Shown here one piece after another: positions 37,834-51,007 of a stretch of 64,000 nt of DNA. Under the pieces are notes generated by a model. The model ran no database searches. It was not told the origin of the DNA and worked only from the letters and a program-made list of their open reading frames with translations. Origin of the DNA: Azolla caroliniana. Its lineage: Eukaryota; Plantae; Polypodiophyta. Numbering within the stretch: position 1 is the stretch's first letter; each line of letters begins with the position of its first letter. A program made the translations under genes and the position numbers. Location: NCBI GenBank assembly GCA_043228905.1, contig JBHGNT010000011.1, positions 14,818,001 to 14,882,000 on the forward strand. The letters run 5' to 3'.

Positions 37834-39361
37834 GAAGGCTACATGGGTAGCATCCAGAACAGAGTCATGAAGTTTTGCAAAGGGAGCCTGATCATGGCCC
37901 GAGCCCGGAAGATCAACACACTATACCTGATGCATGCCCAGAGCTGCCAAGAGGAAGTGAACATGGCATCCGAAAATGCCGGTGATCTCTGGCACAAGTG
38001 GTTGTGCAACATGAGCCAGAAAGGGATGAGAAGAGTTGCCGAGGACAACCTCATTCCGGAGGTGAAAGACGTGTAGCTTGAGAAGTGCACCGATTTCTTG
38101 GCCGGCAAGCAAAATCGAACCTCTTTCTGGACAAGACCACCGATGAGACGGAATGCACCACTGGAACTTGTGCATACCGATGTATGCCAAGTGGACACGA
38201 AGTCACATGCCGGATCACAGTACTTCGTGACGCTCATAGACGACCAGAGCCGGAAACTGTGGGTCTCACCGCTAAAGACGAAGGACCAGGTATTTTCCGT
38301 CTTCAGGGACTTCCACGCGAGAGTGGAAAGGGAAACTGGCCGGAAGAGGAAGGCAGTTCAAGCGGACAACGAAGGCGAATACTGAGGGTAGTTTGAAGAG
38401 TACTACTGGTAGAAAGGAATCCAGCTCGAATTCACTGTGCTGAAGATGCCGGAATTGAACGGATTGGTCGAAAGGATGACCCGGACCATAATGGAGAGAG
38501 TCCGAAGCATGCTTGCACATGCTAAGTTACCAAAGAAATTTTGGGTTGAGGCACTGATGACGACGACCTATGTGATAAACAAATCACCCTCAACACCCTT
38601 GGATGGAGACATATTGCAGAGAGCATGCATGGATAAAGATGTATCTTACCGGCACCTAAAGGTGTTCTAGTGTCTCTCCTACGTGCATGTAGCAAAGGAC
38701 AAGAGAGCGAAGTTGGATCCGAAGACCTGACCATGTATATTTCTTAGATACGGCGATGATGAGTTCGGCTACCAAGTCTGGGACTTGGTTGACAAGAAGA
38801 ACTTCTAGAGTCGAGACATAGTCTTCATGGAAGACAAGACTATTGCTGATTGGGATTCAGAGAAGAAGATAGGAGACTCTGGGTCGATCGACAGAGATCG
38901 GTCTGAAGAGACAAGGACCTATCCGGCCGGGAGCCGGATGACACTCGAAGAACCGGCCAGAGTCGGACAAGAATGCAAACCGACTGAAGTCCGTTGCACT
39001 ATCGACAATGGAAGCGGAGTACATGGTAGCTGTAGAAGCCGTTAAAGAGGTAATCTGGATGAAGGACTTCATCGGAGAGCTAGGGATCAGACAAGAGGAA
39101 TTCCGGCTCCACTGCGACAGTCAAAGTGCTATCCACCTTGCGAAGAACGAGGCCTACCATTCCCAGACCAAGCACATTCAGAGGAGATACCACTAGCTCC
39201 AGGAGAAGGTAGTTCAGATAAAGAGTTCTTACTGCTGAAGATCCACATGGAGGAGAACGGGTCGGACATGCTGACCAAGGTGTTGTTAGCCGACAAGCTG
39301 GACGTGTGCAGGAGACATATCAGATTGACAAGACATCCCATGCCGGAGTGAAGGGGGAGCT

Positions 39362-39865
39362 TGTTGGGAATTCGGTCCCTCCGGATGGGATCCAGATGAG
39401 AACCGGATGAACCAGACTGGACGGATCCGGATGAATCCGGTGTGAACCGGATCCAGGGACATATCTATAAATATGTTTTTGATCTGTCTGTCATGGCTAT
39501 ATTTGTAAATAGTCCCAAAGTCATATAAGATAAATATGACTTAGGGCAATCACTTTATGTGTTGTTGTCATTTTTGTTGTATAGTGTGGAGAGATAGAGG
39601 GAGAGAGATACATAAAGGATTTTCTGTTGTAACCACCTGTTCGGCGAAGGCGAGGTCATTGCCTCTGAGTTTCGCGTTGAAACCTTTTCTTCTCATAGTG
39701 ATAGTTGGAGTCTGTGGGCTCCCGTGGTTTTTTTCCCTATCAGGGTTTTCCACACAAACATCATGTGTCCTCTCTGTTGTCTGTGTAAGTGTATTAATCT
39801 CCATTTCTGTTTAGATCTTCCATTGAGTGTTCTGCTCGGTTGTGGCCGAGCGTCTATTCCTCACA
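39362..39865 (+). repeat. 3' LTR of copia H
   Basis: Direct repeat of 30313-30825 after the PPT. Confidence 0.92.
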
Positions 39866-40594
39866 AGTACCATCTTCTTGGGAATGTAAATACCCCATAA
39901 CTATTTCCAATATTTTGATGCAACCAATAAAGAGGCATTCAATAAAGTTATGTTTAGTGATATTGTATGTTATTGTAGTGGATGGGTTCATTAATGTACC
40001 ACCGAGACATTTTTGATTCATGTAGCAACAATAAATTTATCACATTGCAGCAATTACTAGATAATGGTGGGAATCAAATTATGCATGCGTTTGGTCATGT
40101 GAACTATAAAAACAGTATGACTCCTCCAAATTTGTATCATATACCTTTTGAACAAGTCTCCTTTAACATTCCTATGGTAAAAGCAGAATGCCCTCGTGAA
40201 TCATTTCACTATCTTCATACCTCAAAGAGTCAAAGACACCCCAATCTCGTATCTCTTCTCCTCCATTACTTTCTGTGTCTTATCTAAACTAACACTTAAA
40301 CTCTCTAAATAATACCCTACATTCCGCAATGGCATCAAATAATATATTCCACGATAGCATTTAGTAAAGTTTTGTGCTATCTTAGTTTAGAAAAAGTTTG
40401 TGATGTAAATGATAATATGTAGAAGAAGAAGATGTTGGTGATGATGCGGAAGATGATTTAGGACTTGTCAGAGAGTCTAGCAAAAAACACAAGTGAAGGT
40501 ATGCACTGTTGCGTAGAGAGAGAGATGTGTTTAAAAAAGATTGCGTTACATTAACCTTCAAACTCTTCTTTACAAGGTAAGTAACCCACTTATA

Positions 40595-43500
40595 TGTTGG
40601 GATTTCGGTCCCTCCGGATGGGATGATGAGTACTCGGCAAGGAAGACCCGGTGAGAACTGGATGATGCAGGCCCGGTGAGAACCTCTCACCGGATGAAGG
40701 GACAAATATGTAAATATGTTTTGGAGAAGCCCATTGGGGCTATATTTGTAAATAATCCTAAAGTCATATTAGTATAAATATGACCTAGGGCAAACACTAT
40801 TGAGTGTTGTTGTAGATAATTGTAAGAGTAACTGTTGTACAGAGAGAGAGAGAGAGAGATAGATACAACGTGAGTCTCTGTTGTAACCGCCACCAGGCGA
40901 AGATTGTGAGCAAGAGGTCGTTGCTTTTCTGTTCCTTTTGTTGTATTCTTCTAGATATAGTGATAGTTTGGAGCTAGTGGGCTCCCGTGGTTTTTTCCGT
41001 TTAGGGTTTTCCACGTAAACATCCTGTGTACTCTTTCTTGATCTATTGTTTGTGTGTATACGTGCATTTCTTCCTATTCCCATCTTTCTTTGGTTGATCC
41101 TAAGACTCGGTTGTGGCCGAGCAATATTTTGAATATTCCTGTCAAACTAGTATCAGAGCAAACAACACAGAAAATGGAAGAATCTTTCGGCGGCATGTTC
41201 AAGCTCACTAGCTCCAACTACTCAGTGTGGAAGTCAAAGATGAGGGACATGCTGGTGGTTAAAGATCTTTGGTTGCCGGTTCAGTTCGGGGACAAGAGAT
41301 CGGATAAGATCGACGCCACGGTGTGGGAGGTGATGCACATGAAGACGACGACATACATCTGGTGCTTCATCGACATGAGCCTGTACAACAACTTCAATGA
41401 AGAGAGAAAGGCTCACAAACTCTGGGAGAAGATTGACATCATGTTCCAGAACAAGAATGCCGTTAATCGGGTTTCGGTATTCCGGAAGCTAGTGCGGCTT
41501 CGGTACCAAGATGGCTCCAGCATGGTGGAGCACATGAATGCCTTCCAAGGGCTGATTCACCAGGCAACATCGTTGGAAGTACCTCTCGCTGATGAGGTAC
41601 TAGCATTACTCCTACTCGGTTCCCTCCCGGATAGCTGGGAGACTTTAGTTGTCATGTTGGGCAACGCCGGGCCGGAAGGAAAACAACTATCCCTAACAAG
41701 GGTCAAGTCGAACTTGCTAGATGAGGAGGCGTGTCGGAAAGGCAAAGAGGTGATCTCCGACCCCAAAGCGCTCTTTACTGAATCGGAATGTGGAAGACAA
41801 AGGAATTGGAGTTTCTATTGCGGGAAGCCGGGGCCCTTCCAGAAGAATTGTCAGCATTTCCGGAAAGACAAGGGAACCGACAATACCGATTCGAAGCGGT
41901 CTCCGAACCGAAATGGTTCGGACCGGACCGGAAGGGAACGACGGTGATCGTGGCAAGTGAAGAGGAAATAATGCTCATCACCGAGGAGAATGAGTTGAAC
42001 CTTGCCGACGACGAGACAACATGGGTTGTCGATTCTGGGGAGTCGTTCCATCTTACTCCGGACCGGAAATGCTTCTCATCCTACACAGTCGGCGAGCACA
42101 ACTGTGTCCGGATGGGGAATGAGGGAACATGCCAAATTGTCGGAATAAGAGACGTGTGGTTGACAACACCAACCGGATGCAAGATGCTGTTGAAGGATGT
42201 CCAACACGTTCCAGAGGTTCGACTGAACCTGATATCAGCCGGTCGGCTAGATGATGAAGGCTACATGGGTAGCATCCGGAACGGTGTCATGAAGTTCAGC
42301 AAAGGGAGCTTGATAGTGGCTCTGGCCCGGAAGGTCAACACATTGTACCTGATGAATGCCCGGTTATGCCCGGAAGAAGTGAATGTAGCATCCGACACTG
42401 CCGGTGAGCTGTGGCACAAGAGACTGTGTCACATGAGTGAGAAGGGGATGAGGAGGCTTGCCAAAGACAACCTCATTCCGGTGAAAGACATGCATCTTGA
42501 GAACTGCACCGATTGCCTGGCCGGTAAGTAAAACCGGACCTCCTTCCGATCAAGGCCACCGATGAGACGGAATGCACCATTGGAGCTAGTGCATACCGAT
42601 GTGTGTCTAGTGGACACGAAGTCACATGCCGGATCGCAGTACTTCGTGACGTTCATAGACGATCACACCCCGAAGCTGTGGGCCACACCGCTGAAGACGA
42701 AGGATCAGGTGTTATCCGTATTCAAGGAGCTCCACGTGAGAGTAGAGAGGGAAACCGGCCGGAAGCTAAAGGTGGTTCAAGTAGATAATAGAGGAGAATA
42801 CCGGGGGCAGTTCAAAGAGTACTACTGCTCGAAGGGAATCCGGCTCGAATTTACCGTGCCGAAGACCCCGGAACTCAATGGGTTGGCTGAGAGGATGAAC
42901 TGGACCGTAATGGAGAGGGTTCGGAGTATGCTAGCACATGCAAAGTTACCCAAGACGTTTTGGGCTAAGGCGCTGACGACAACGATGTACGTGCTAAACA
43001 GATCACCGTCAGTACCCTTGGATGGAGACATGCCACAGAGAGTATGGACCGGTAAGGAAGTGTCCTACCGGCATGTAAAGGTGTTCGGGTGTCTCGCTTA
43101 CGTGCATGTTGCAAAGGACCGGAGAGTGAAGTTGGATCCTAACTCCCGGCCTTGCATATTCCTCGGATACGGCAATGATGAGTTCGGTTACTGAGTGTGG
43201 GATCCGTACGATAGGAAGGTTTTCCAGAGTTGAGATATTATCTTCATGGAGGACAAGACCATTGCCGATTGGGAGTTGGAGAAGAAGATAATGAACTCCG
43301 AAGAGACTGGTAAGGATCGGTTCGATGAGATACGGACCTACCCGGCTAGGAGCCGGTTGACACTCGAAGAACCAGCCGGTTTCGAAGTAGAACCTGAACC
43401 GATCGAAGAAGAAGAGGAAGCGGAAATCAGAACTGGACAGGAACCTGAATTGGATTCGGATGAAGAACAAACAGAGGAGCCGGTTGCCGAAAGCCAAGGA

Positions 43501-45090
43501 CGGAGATATCTTCTCCGGGAGAGAAGAGCCCCCCGAAGATTTCCGGATGCAGAGCATGTGTTGCTAACCGATGAGGGGGAGCCGGAAAGCTTTAAAGAAG
43601 CAAGGGGAGACACCCACAACCACAAGTGGTTGAGCGCCATGCAGGATGAGATGGATTCCATGCATGAGAACCACACATACGAATTGGTGGAGTTGCCGAA
43701 AGGAAAGAGGGCACTCCGGAACAAGTGGGTGTACAAGATGAAACCGGGAGACGCCGGAAATCCACCAAGGTATAAGGCCTGAATCGTGGTGAAGGGCTTC
43801 CAACAGAAGAAAGGAGTGGACTTCGATGAGATCTTTGCCTCGGTAGTAAAGATGACATCCATCCGGACGGTACTGGGCATAGCAGCAAGCATGGACCTCG
43901 AGGTAGAGCAACTGGACGTGAAGACGACATTCCTCCATGGTGACCTCGAAGAGGAAATCTACATGCAGCAACCGAAAGGATTTGAGAAGAAAGGGAAGGA
44001 GCACCTTGTGTGCCGGTTGAAGAAGAGCCTATACGAAGTGAAGCAAGCTCCTCGGCAATGGTACCGGAAGTTTGACTCCTTCATGACCGACCAAGGGTAC
44101 CACAAGACGCAGGCCGATCACTGCGTGTTTGTGAAGAAATTTGATGGAGGAGATTTCCTGATATTGCTCCTGTACGTGGACGACATGTTGATTGTCGGAC
44201 GAGACCAAGTCAAGATACGGATGCTGAAGAAGGCCCTTAACCGAACCTTCTCAATGAAAGACTTGGGTCCGGCAAGACAGATATTGGGGATGCACATCAT
44301 TCGGGACCGGTAGAAGAAGCTATTGTGGCTGTCACAGGAAAAGTATGTGACAAAGGTGCTTTAGTGGTTCAACATGTTGGACGCGAAACCGGTCGGATCG
44401 ACACTTCTAGCAAACTGCAAACTATCCGGAAAGCCGAGCCCGAGGACAAAGGCAAAGAAGGCGGATATGCCTCTGCGGTCGAGAGCTTGATGTACACAAT
44501 GGTGTGTACTCGACCAGATATTAGATATGCAGTTGGAGTGGTGAGTCGGTTCATGAGCAATCCCGGAAGAGAGCACTGGAACACGGTAAAGTGGATACTT
44601 CGGTACTTGAAAGGCACCTCAAGTATGTGCCTCCGATTCGGCTCCAGTAAACCCCATCTCGACGGTTTTACCAACTCAGATATGTCGGCTGATGTGGATA
44701 CCAACCAGTCAACATCCGGATATGTTATGACATATGCAGGGGGAGCTGTTTCGTGGCAGTCGAGGTTGTAGAAGACGGTTGCGTTGTCAACCACGGAGGC
44801 AGAATACATGGCAATTGTGGAAGCCGACAAGGAAATATTATGGATGAAGGACTTCATTGGAGAGCTAGGGATCCGACAAGAGGAATACCGGCTCTATTGC
44901 GATAGTCAAAGTGCCATCCACCTTGCAAAGAATGCGGCGTACCATTCCAGGATGAAGCACATCCAATGCAGGTATCACTGGATCTGGGAGCGAGTGGAAG
45001 ACCGAGAGTTCGTGCAAACGAAGATCCACAAAGAGGAGAATGGGTCGGATATGCTGACCAAGGTGTTGACACCCGACAAGATGGATGCGT
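40595..45090 (+). mobile_element. Ty1/copia element J (A-related), degenerate, interrupted at the RNase H end by gypsy F
   Basis: 5' LTR 40595-41144, mutated PBS TAGTATCAGAGC 41148-41159, gag ATG 41173, pol fragments collinear with A. Confidence 0.93.
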
Positions 45091-46804
45091 TGTCGCGGTA
45101 ATCCGTGAGTGTGTGTCGAAAGGGGCAGGATCACGGGGGTTTCGGACGAGGAAGTGATGGGTGTCGAGAAGCGGACTTCTCTCCAGTCCCGACTGCACTG
45201 GTTGTGGTGCAAACTGGAGCGATTCCGGATGTGTACCGGCGGCTACCGAACACGAGAGAGGGGAGAGAGAGCGAGAGAGAGAGGCCACGCGCGCGTCACC
45301 AACTCAACACACACCACTTATGTACTGGAAACGAAGGGAAATAAACACACCTGACACCAACAGAGACACAAATATGCACAACCTTTTGTATATATAATCA
45401 CAAGAGAAAGATACAACCCCGACTTGGAGCCGGACCAAGGTAGGGTAGGTTACAATAGCAGTTTGCTGCCAAGCCGCCGATCAGGGAGCTCTCGGGCTCG
45501 TCACACCGAGCGGGGTCTTGCATAGGAGACCGAGCAGAAGCAAACCCCAAACAGACATGAACTCTCGACCCGCACCACAAGGAAGAAGAAGAAAGAAGAA
45601 AATCCCAAAAAGAAACCCTAGAACGAAGCAAGAATAACCTACCCCTAACTCTAACGGTATACCCTCCTAATTCAAAATGGGCAACCCCTCTACAAGGGAC
45701 CATCCCTTCCTTTTATGGAACAAGGAGAGGGATGCGTTACAATGTGGGATAAATCCCGATTTACATGGGATTCTTTGTCCCGACTTGACTCCCACTTGGC
45801 GCCATAAAGGCAACCCTATTATTCACACGTTTATACAAGGGTGAGTGCACATGATGCACTCTGTCGATTCTTCTGATATTCCCCGGTTTCTCACCATGGC
45901 TCGGAATCTTTACGACATCCGCCCCCACCAAACCACACGTCCACCGGTACGTGCCAAGTTCGAAGAAGTGTGAGAGATTTCGGGCGGTGAGGAACTGGTC
46001 TTCCGTAATCCGCATTCCGGCTTTCGCGTTGCCCTCACCTGTCGGAACCGTCGGCTCCCGTTCCCTTTCTGCGTTTGCCTCTCCGTAGGCTTGTTCAACC
46101 CATCGATAGGTCATTTGCCGCGATCCCTCCTGCACGTGTGCTCCCTTGTTGGCCCTTCTCTCGACCGCCTGCACGCTCCCCGTTCCTCCGGATTATGCAG
46201 TGTCCTTTATCCAAGGAGCACCCGTGATGGCATGCTTAGCCTCCGAAGACCTTCACGTTGTCTTGGTTGCCGTCCCTTGTCGTCCGTCGCCTTCATCCCC
46301 TCGCCGCCACCTTCCTTCTCCTTGGTCTTACGTTGCCACGTTGGCTCGAACTGCCAAGGTCTCAAGACCCGGTGTGGAGGATCCCTCTCCGGCCTTTTAT
46401 GCGAGATCACCTGAACCGACAACCATCCTTCGCGCCTGTACTGCCGCTTTGGCACCTTCGTGCGCCACACATCCCCTCCTTGTTGTCTGGCACCGCTCGT
46501 GCTGAACTCCGATTACTTCCCATGCACGCGTCGTCGGCCCTTACCCGACTAGATCATCCATCGATGCCTTTTCACATGCCGGTATCCTTTGTGCCCGAGG
46601 ATCACCTCGTAGTAGCCCGCTTGGCCCCTTTTCATTGTGCGCTGTCGTAGTCGGATCGGTGCCATCCGCTCGCCCCCACTAGCTCGTTTTCTCGGCCTGG
46701 TTGCCACGCCAGTCGTTGCCACTCTGGCTGAGCCGACGATATCTCCAAAGCAGGTGTGGAGGATCCTTCTCTGACCTTTATACCATTTCCGGCTACTGAC
46801 CCGT

Positions 46805-47179
46805 TGTCGAGGTTTTCCTCGCGGATGCGTGGAATGAGGCGGGACCTCGGGGGTCCTGTACCAAAGAACAAGAGAGAAAGGAGAAGATGCCCACTACGTG
46901 CGAGAGTAGATTCACAGGGACACGACCCTTCGACACAAAGACGCGAGTGGGACAGCGACACAGGGAGACACAAACGTATGTATGTATTAACAAAGACAAA
47001 CAACACAACACGGAGTCGGTTACAACCGAACAGGCCGGCGAACAGATGCCGATACCTATTCGTAAACGCACAGAAAGGAAGGAGTAGGTTGGAGGTGCTG
47101 CCGGAAGCACTCGGGCATTCCTTAGAGCAGCGCGAGCCTCCCGAAACCTGCACAGAAGGAAGCTATGGCGTTTGCGAAC

Positions 47180-47239
<60 letters not shown>

Positions 47240-47470
47240 CCTTCGCCCACGAACCGACAACACTTCGTCCTCAACTCTCCGCGATCCCTTCGCCCCTCCT
47301 CGTCTCCCTCCTTTTATAGGCAAGGAAGGAGCCGTTTCCCCTTTACTTCCTACCTACCGAATCTGCCTGCCTAGGATCTCCTATGTACAACATAAGGCGC
47401 ACGTGCATGAAGAGCCGGTTCCTATGCTCTGGTGCACCGATTCCGCTTGTGGACGGTTTTCTTCACGACA
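46805..47470 (-). repeat. 3' LTR of gypsy E (666 bp)
   Basis: Differs from the 5' LTR by about 10 substitutions (hand count). Confidence 0.94.
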
Positions 47471-47543
47471 TCCGCCCCCACCTAACCGCGCATCCACCAG
47501 CATGCGCCAAATTGAGTTGGGACGAAGAAAATCGGTCCAGCCT

Positions 47544-50500
47544 TTATTCCCCGCCCGTCGGTTCTTCTTCGGTTTCGGATCGTTCGTCGTCCCGGTCCAG
47601 GTTATCCGGATCCGGCTCGTCGTCGTGACGCTTCTTGAACGCTTTGATCCGCTTCCCAGCTATTGGTATCGCCATTCTCGTGCCGTCGAGTTCCACCAGA
47701 TGGTACGTCCCGTTGTCGTTGGCGCTTTGTACCACGTAAGGCCCGAACCACCTTCTTGCGAACTTCTGTGTCGCTCGGTGTTGGTTGTCGAGGCTGCTGT
47801 CGTAGACTAGCACCCAGTCGCCTTCCTCGATCCTCTTTGGTCGGAGCCGGTGCATCCGGTCAAACCGGGCTTTGTTCCTCGTCCTGGCCACCTGAAGCCT
47901 TTCCGCAGCTTCCTCCACGTCCTCCGGTCTTCGCTCGAGCTGTCGTATGCGCGCCGTCAACAGTTCCTCCCGGCTCATCTCGTCTCTCCAGTCCACAGTT
48001 GCCCATGAGGAGATCGTACGTTCCATCGGCATGATCGGCTTCTGCCCAAACATGAGCTCTGCCGGCATGAATCCGGTGACCGAACTGTGCGTAGTTCGGT
48101 CAGCCCACAACGCGTAAGGCAGCAGCCGTGGCCAGTTCCCGACTTGCCCTCCGCATGCCCGAACTAACGCCTTGACGATCGGTCCGTGTCCGCGCTCCAC
48201 CTTCCCATTCGCCTCCGGATTGTACGCAGTGGTAAGCGAGAGCTTGACTCCTAGCCGGTCGAACAGCTCCTCGGCCTCTTCGGCGTCCAACTCCCCGCGG
48301 TCAGCCACGATCTTCCCGACGCACCCGTACCGGCATATCACGTCCTCGATCAGGAACCGACATACGGCCGCGGTTGTTTTGTTCTGAAGGGCTCGGCCTT
48401 CCACCTGGTTCGTCAGATCTTCCCGAGCCAAGACCAGATACCGCATCTGTCCTACGCCCATCGGCATCGTCACCAGATCTACCATCCATTTGAAGTGGAC
48501 GGTCGGAGGGTACGTAGGGTGAAGCTTGTCCCGATGCCGAACTATGGAGTGCATCTGGCAGCTCTCGCAAGTTGCCACGAACCGATGCACGTCCCGGTAC
48601 AGTCACGGCCACCAGTACTTCCCCTTTATCTTCTTGAACGTGGCCCACGTTCCACGGTGACCAGCCCAAGGGCTGTCGTGGTAAGCCGTTAGCAGCTCCT
48701 CCTGTTCTTCCTTCATCGCCACCACCCGGAGCGGGACGCCGTTCCTCTTCTTCGGGTGCTTCCATCAGTATCCATCCTGCAGAAAGAATCGGTAAGCTTT
48801 CTTCCGGACCCGGTTAGCTTCGTCCTTCGTCCATGACGCATCCGGCATCATTGTCCTCAAAAACCCACCAATCTGCAGCCACTCGCCGTCATACTTGCTC
48901 TCGTCGAAGCCGTTAAGTGCCGGAGTGCTCGCCCCATCGGTCGTCACGTACGCGGCCTCGAAGAAGTCCACGCCGACTTCTTCGTCCTCTGAAACCATGC
49001 CGCCCTCGTCATCAAACCTCGCCCTCGAAAGCATGTCGGCCATGGCGTTGTCTTTTCCGGAAATGTGTCGTATTTCCGGGTCCAGGGACTTGATGTACGC
49101 TATCCACCTGAGCATCGCCAGGTCCGGTGTCGCGCATCCGGAAACCATGCCGAGAATTGGCAGGCAATCCGTCTCGACAATCACTTCCGTCCCGATCAGG
49201 TAGTCTTTGTCGGCCTTTAGTGCCGAAACGATACCCAAGAGTTCGCGTTTAACCTGGGCGTACCCTCGTTGTCGCTCACTGAGGACCTTCGCGCCGAATC
49301 GGATCGGGAACTGAATGCCGTCCCCGTCTTCTTGGTTGACGACCCATCCGATCCCGGTTGGACTCGTATCCACCGTCATGTATACCGGGGTACCCTTCTC
49401 GTAGACAGCCTTCCGGAGTGCCGGTGTTGCTGCAAGAGCTTCCTTAAGCTTCCGGACCGACTCCGTGTGCTCGTCTCGCCACTCGAATTTTCGCCCTTTT
49501 TTCAGCAACCCGTATAACGGCTCCGCAACGTGGGCGTAATGCGGGATCCATATGTGGTAGAATGCGCATGCCCCCAGGAACCTCCGAACTTCCGTAACCG
49601 AGCTACAGTCGGTCTTCATCGCGGAAATAGCTTCTACCTTTGCCGGAGACGGCTTCTGGCCATATGGTCCACATAGGTGTCCGACCACTAGGATTTCCGA
49701 TTGCCCGAAGGCCGATTTCTCCCCGGAGAAGGTGAGCCTCGCATCCTCTAGCCTTTGTAGCACTTTCTCGCAGTCGTCGATGTGTGTTGCAACGAATCGC
49801 CGGCATCCGTCCGGTCCGAGTGTTGCGTCCCTCTCTTCTACCGGGCCCCCCTTGATCGGAATGTCGTCCAGAAATGGCATGGTGATGTCCGGGATGCAAT
49901 CTCTCAGTACCTTGTTCATTGCATTCACCATGTGTGCCACCGAGTTGGTCCCTCCTTGTGGCAGGGTACACATTCGTACTAGGCCGAGGGGAGTTCGCAT
50001 CGTCGTAATGTCTCTGCTCTCCATGGCTAGCTGGAACTGGTCGTACCCCGAGTACAGATCACCGACCGAGTAAATCGACCTTCCGGCGAAAGCCTCCGCG
50101 AACTCGTCTATGGTCGGTCCGATCCCTGCGTTCCGAATGGTCTTGAATGAAGGTCTTGAATGAAGCGCAATGATCCGTCTTTCTTTGGTACGGTAAACTA
50201 TCGGTTCGAGTATGGCGCGCTCGACGGTTCGAGAATACCCATATCGACTTTCTGCCTCAATAGCTCCATCAACTCCGGGATGTGAGCTCTTGGTACCGGA
50301 ATCGGCTTGAGATTCCACGGCACATGCGGTACCGTGAATATCACCATCGGCTCCACGAGTGTCGGGTCTACGCACCCGATCTCTTCCGGCGAAAATGCGA
50401 AGGCTTTCCCGTGCTTTCCGAGCATTCTCCGAAACTGGTCGTCCTCCGCCGGCAGTAGGAACCCGCCCCCACCGATCTTGAGCTCCCGGAGCGTCCCGTC

Positions 50501-51000
50501 GGTGAAGGTGTGTCCTATGCAGGCCGGATCTCGTAAACTGGGGTCCGACGCAACCCCTCTGATTCGGGACTCGCTGCCCTCCGGCAAGGGTGCCGCGACT
50601 GGCCTTACCTTCCGGTCCACAGTCTTGTACTTCATGCTAACTCGGGCCGTAAGATCCGACCCGAGCCCCCGACTGAAGTTCGCGATGACTTCGTACATCT
50701 CTTCGGAACATACCGGTATCGTCCGGTCCTCGCTAAGGCCTTCTCCGGCTACCTTCCTCAGCATTCCCAAGGTGTCGTCGAAGGAGACCGCCTCCAGGGC
50801 TCCACTGATTTCCTCGTCCGGGCAGAGAACTCCGCACGCACGAAGTCGCACTTCCACCCTTGTCCTTTCTCGGCCGATGATGCTGACTACCATACACCCT
50901 CCGTTGTTGGAGAAGCAAAATTTCCCACCTATCGTACAGTCGTGGGGTCTTTTCCGAGTGTCCGGGCTGTCTCGGCCCCACACCTTGGCAGCCCCCTCTA
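47544..51000 (-). pseudogene. gypsy E pol (RT FLDD, RNase H, integrase with HHCC, DDE, GPY)
   Basis: ORFs 50198..50983, 48765..50375 and 47544..48590; stops at 50198 and 48765; 13-bp duplication frameshift at 50139-50164. Confidence 0.92.
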
Positions 51001-51007
51001 AAAATCC
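50942..51007 (-). promoter_or_regulatory. putative -1 ribosomal frameshift signal (G GAT TTT TAG plus pseudoknot)
   Basis: Ends the gag-PR frame; the -1 frame opens into pol; conserved at 60521-60586. Confidence 0.75.

Larger units (their letters stand above)
30313..39865 (+). mobile_element. Ty1/copia element H (Tork-like), degenerate, RT deleted, hosts element I
   Basis: LTRs 30313-30825 and 39362-39865, PBS 30829-30840, PPT before 39362, TSD AGTAA/AGTAC; coding remnants 30868-31998 and 37839-39351. Confidence 0.93.

Noticed and set aside
39866-40594. Short ORFs between copia H and J
   Set aside because: No recognisable motifs or splice structure; AT-rich intergenic or decayed sequence
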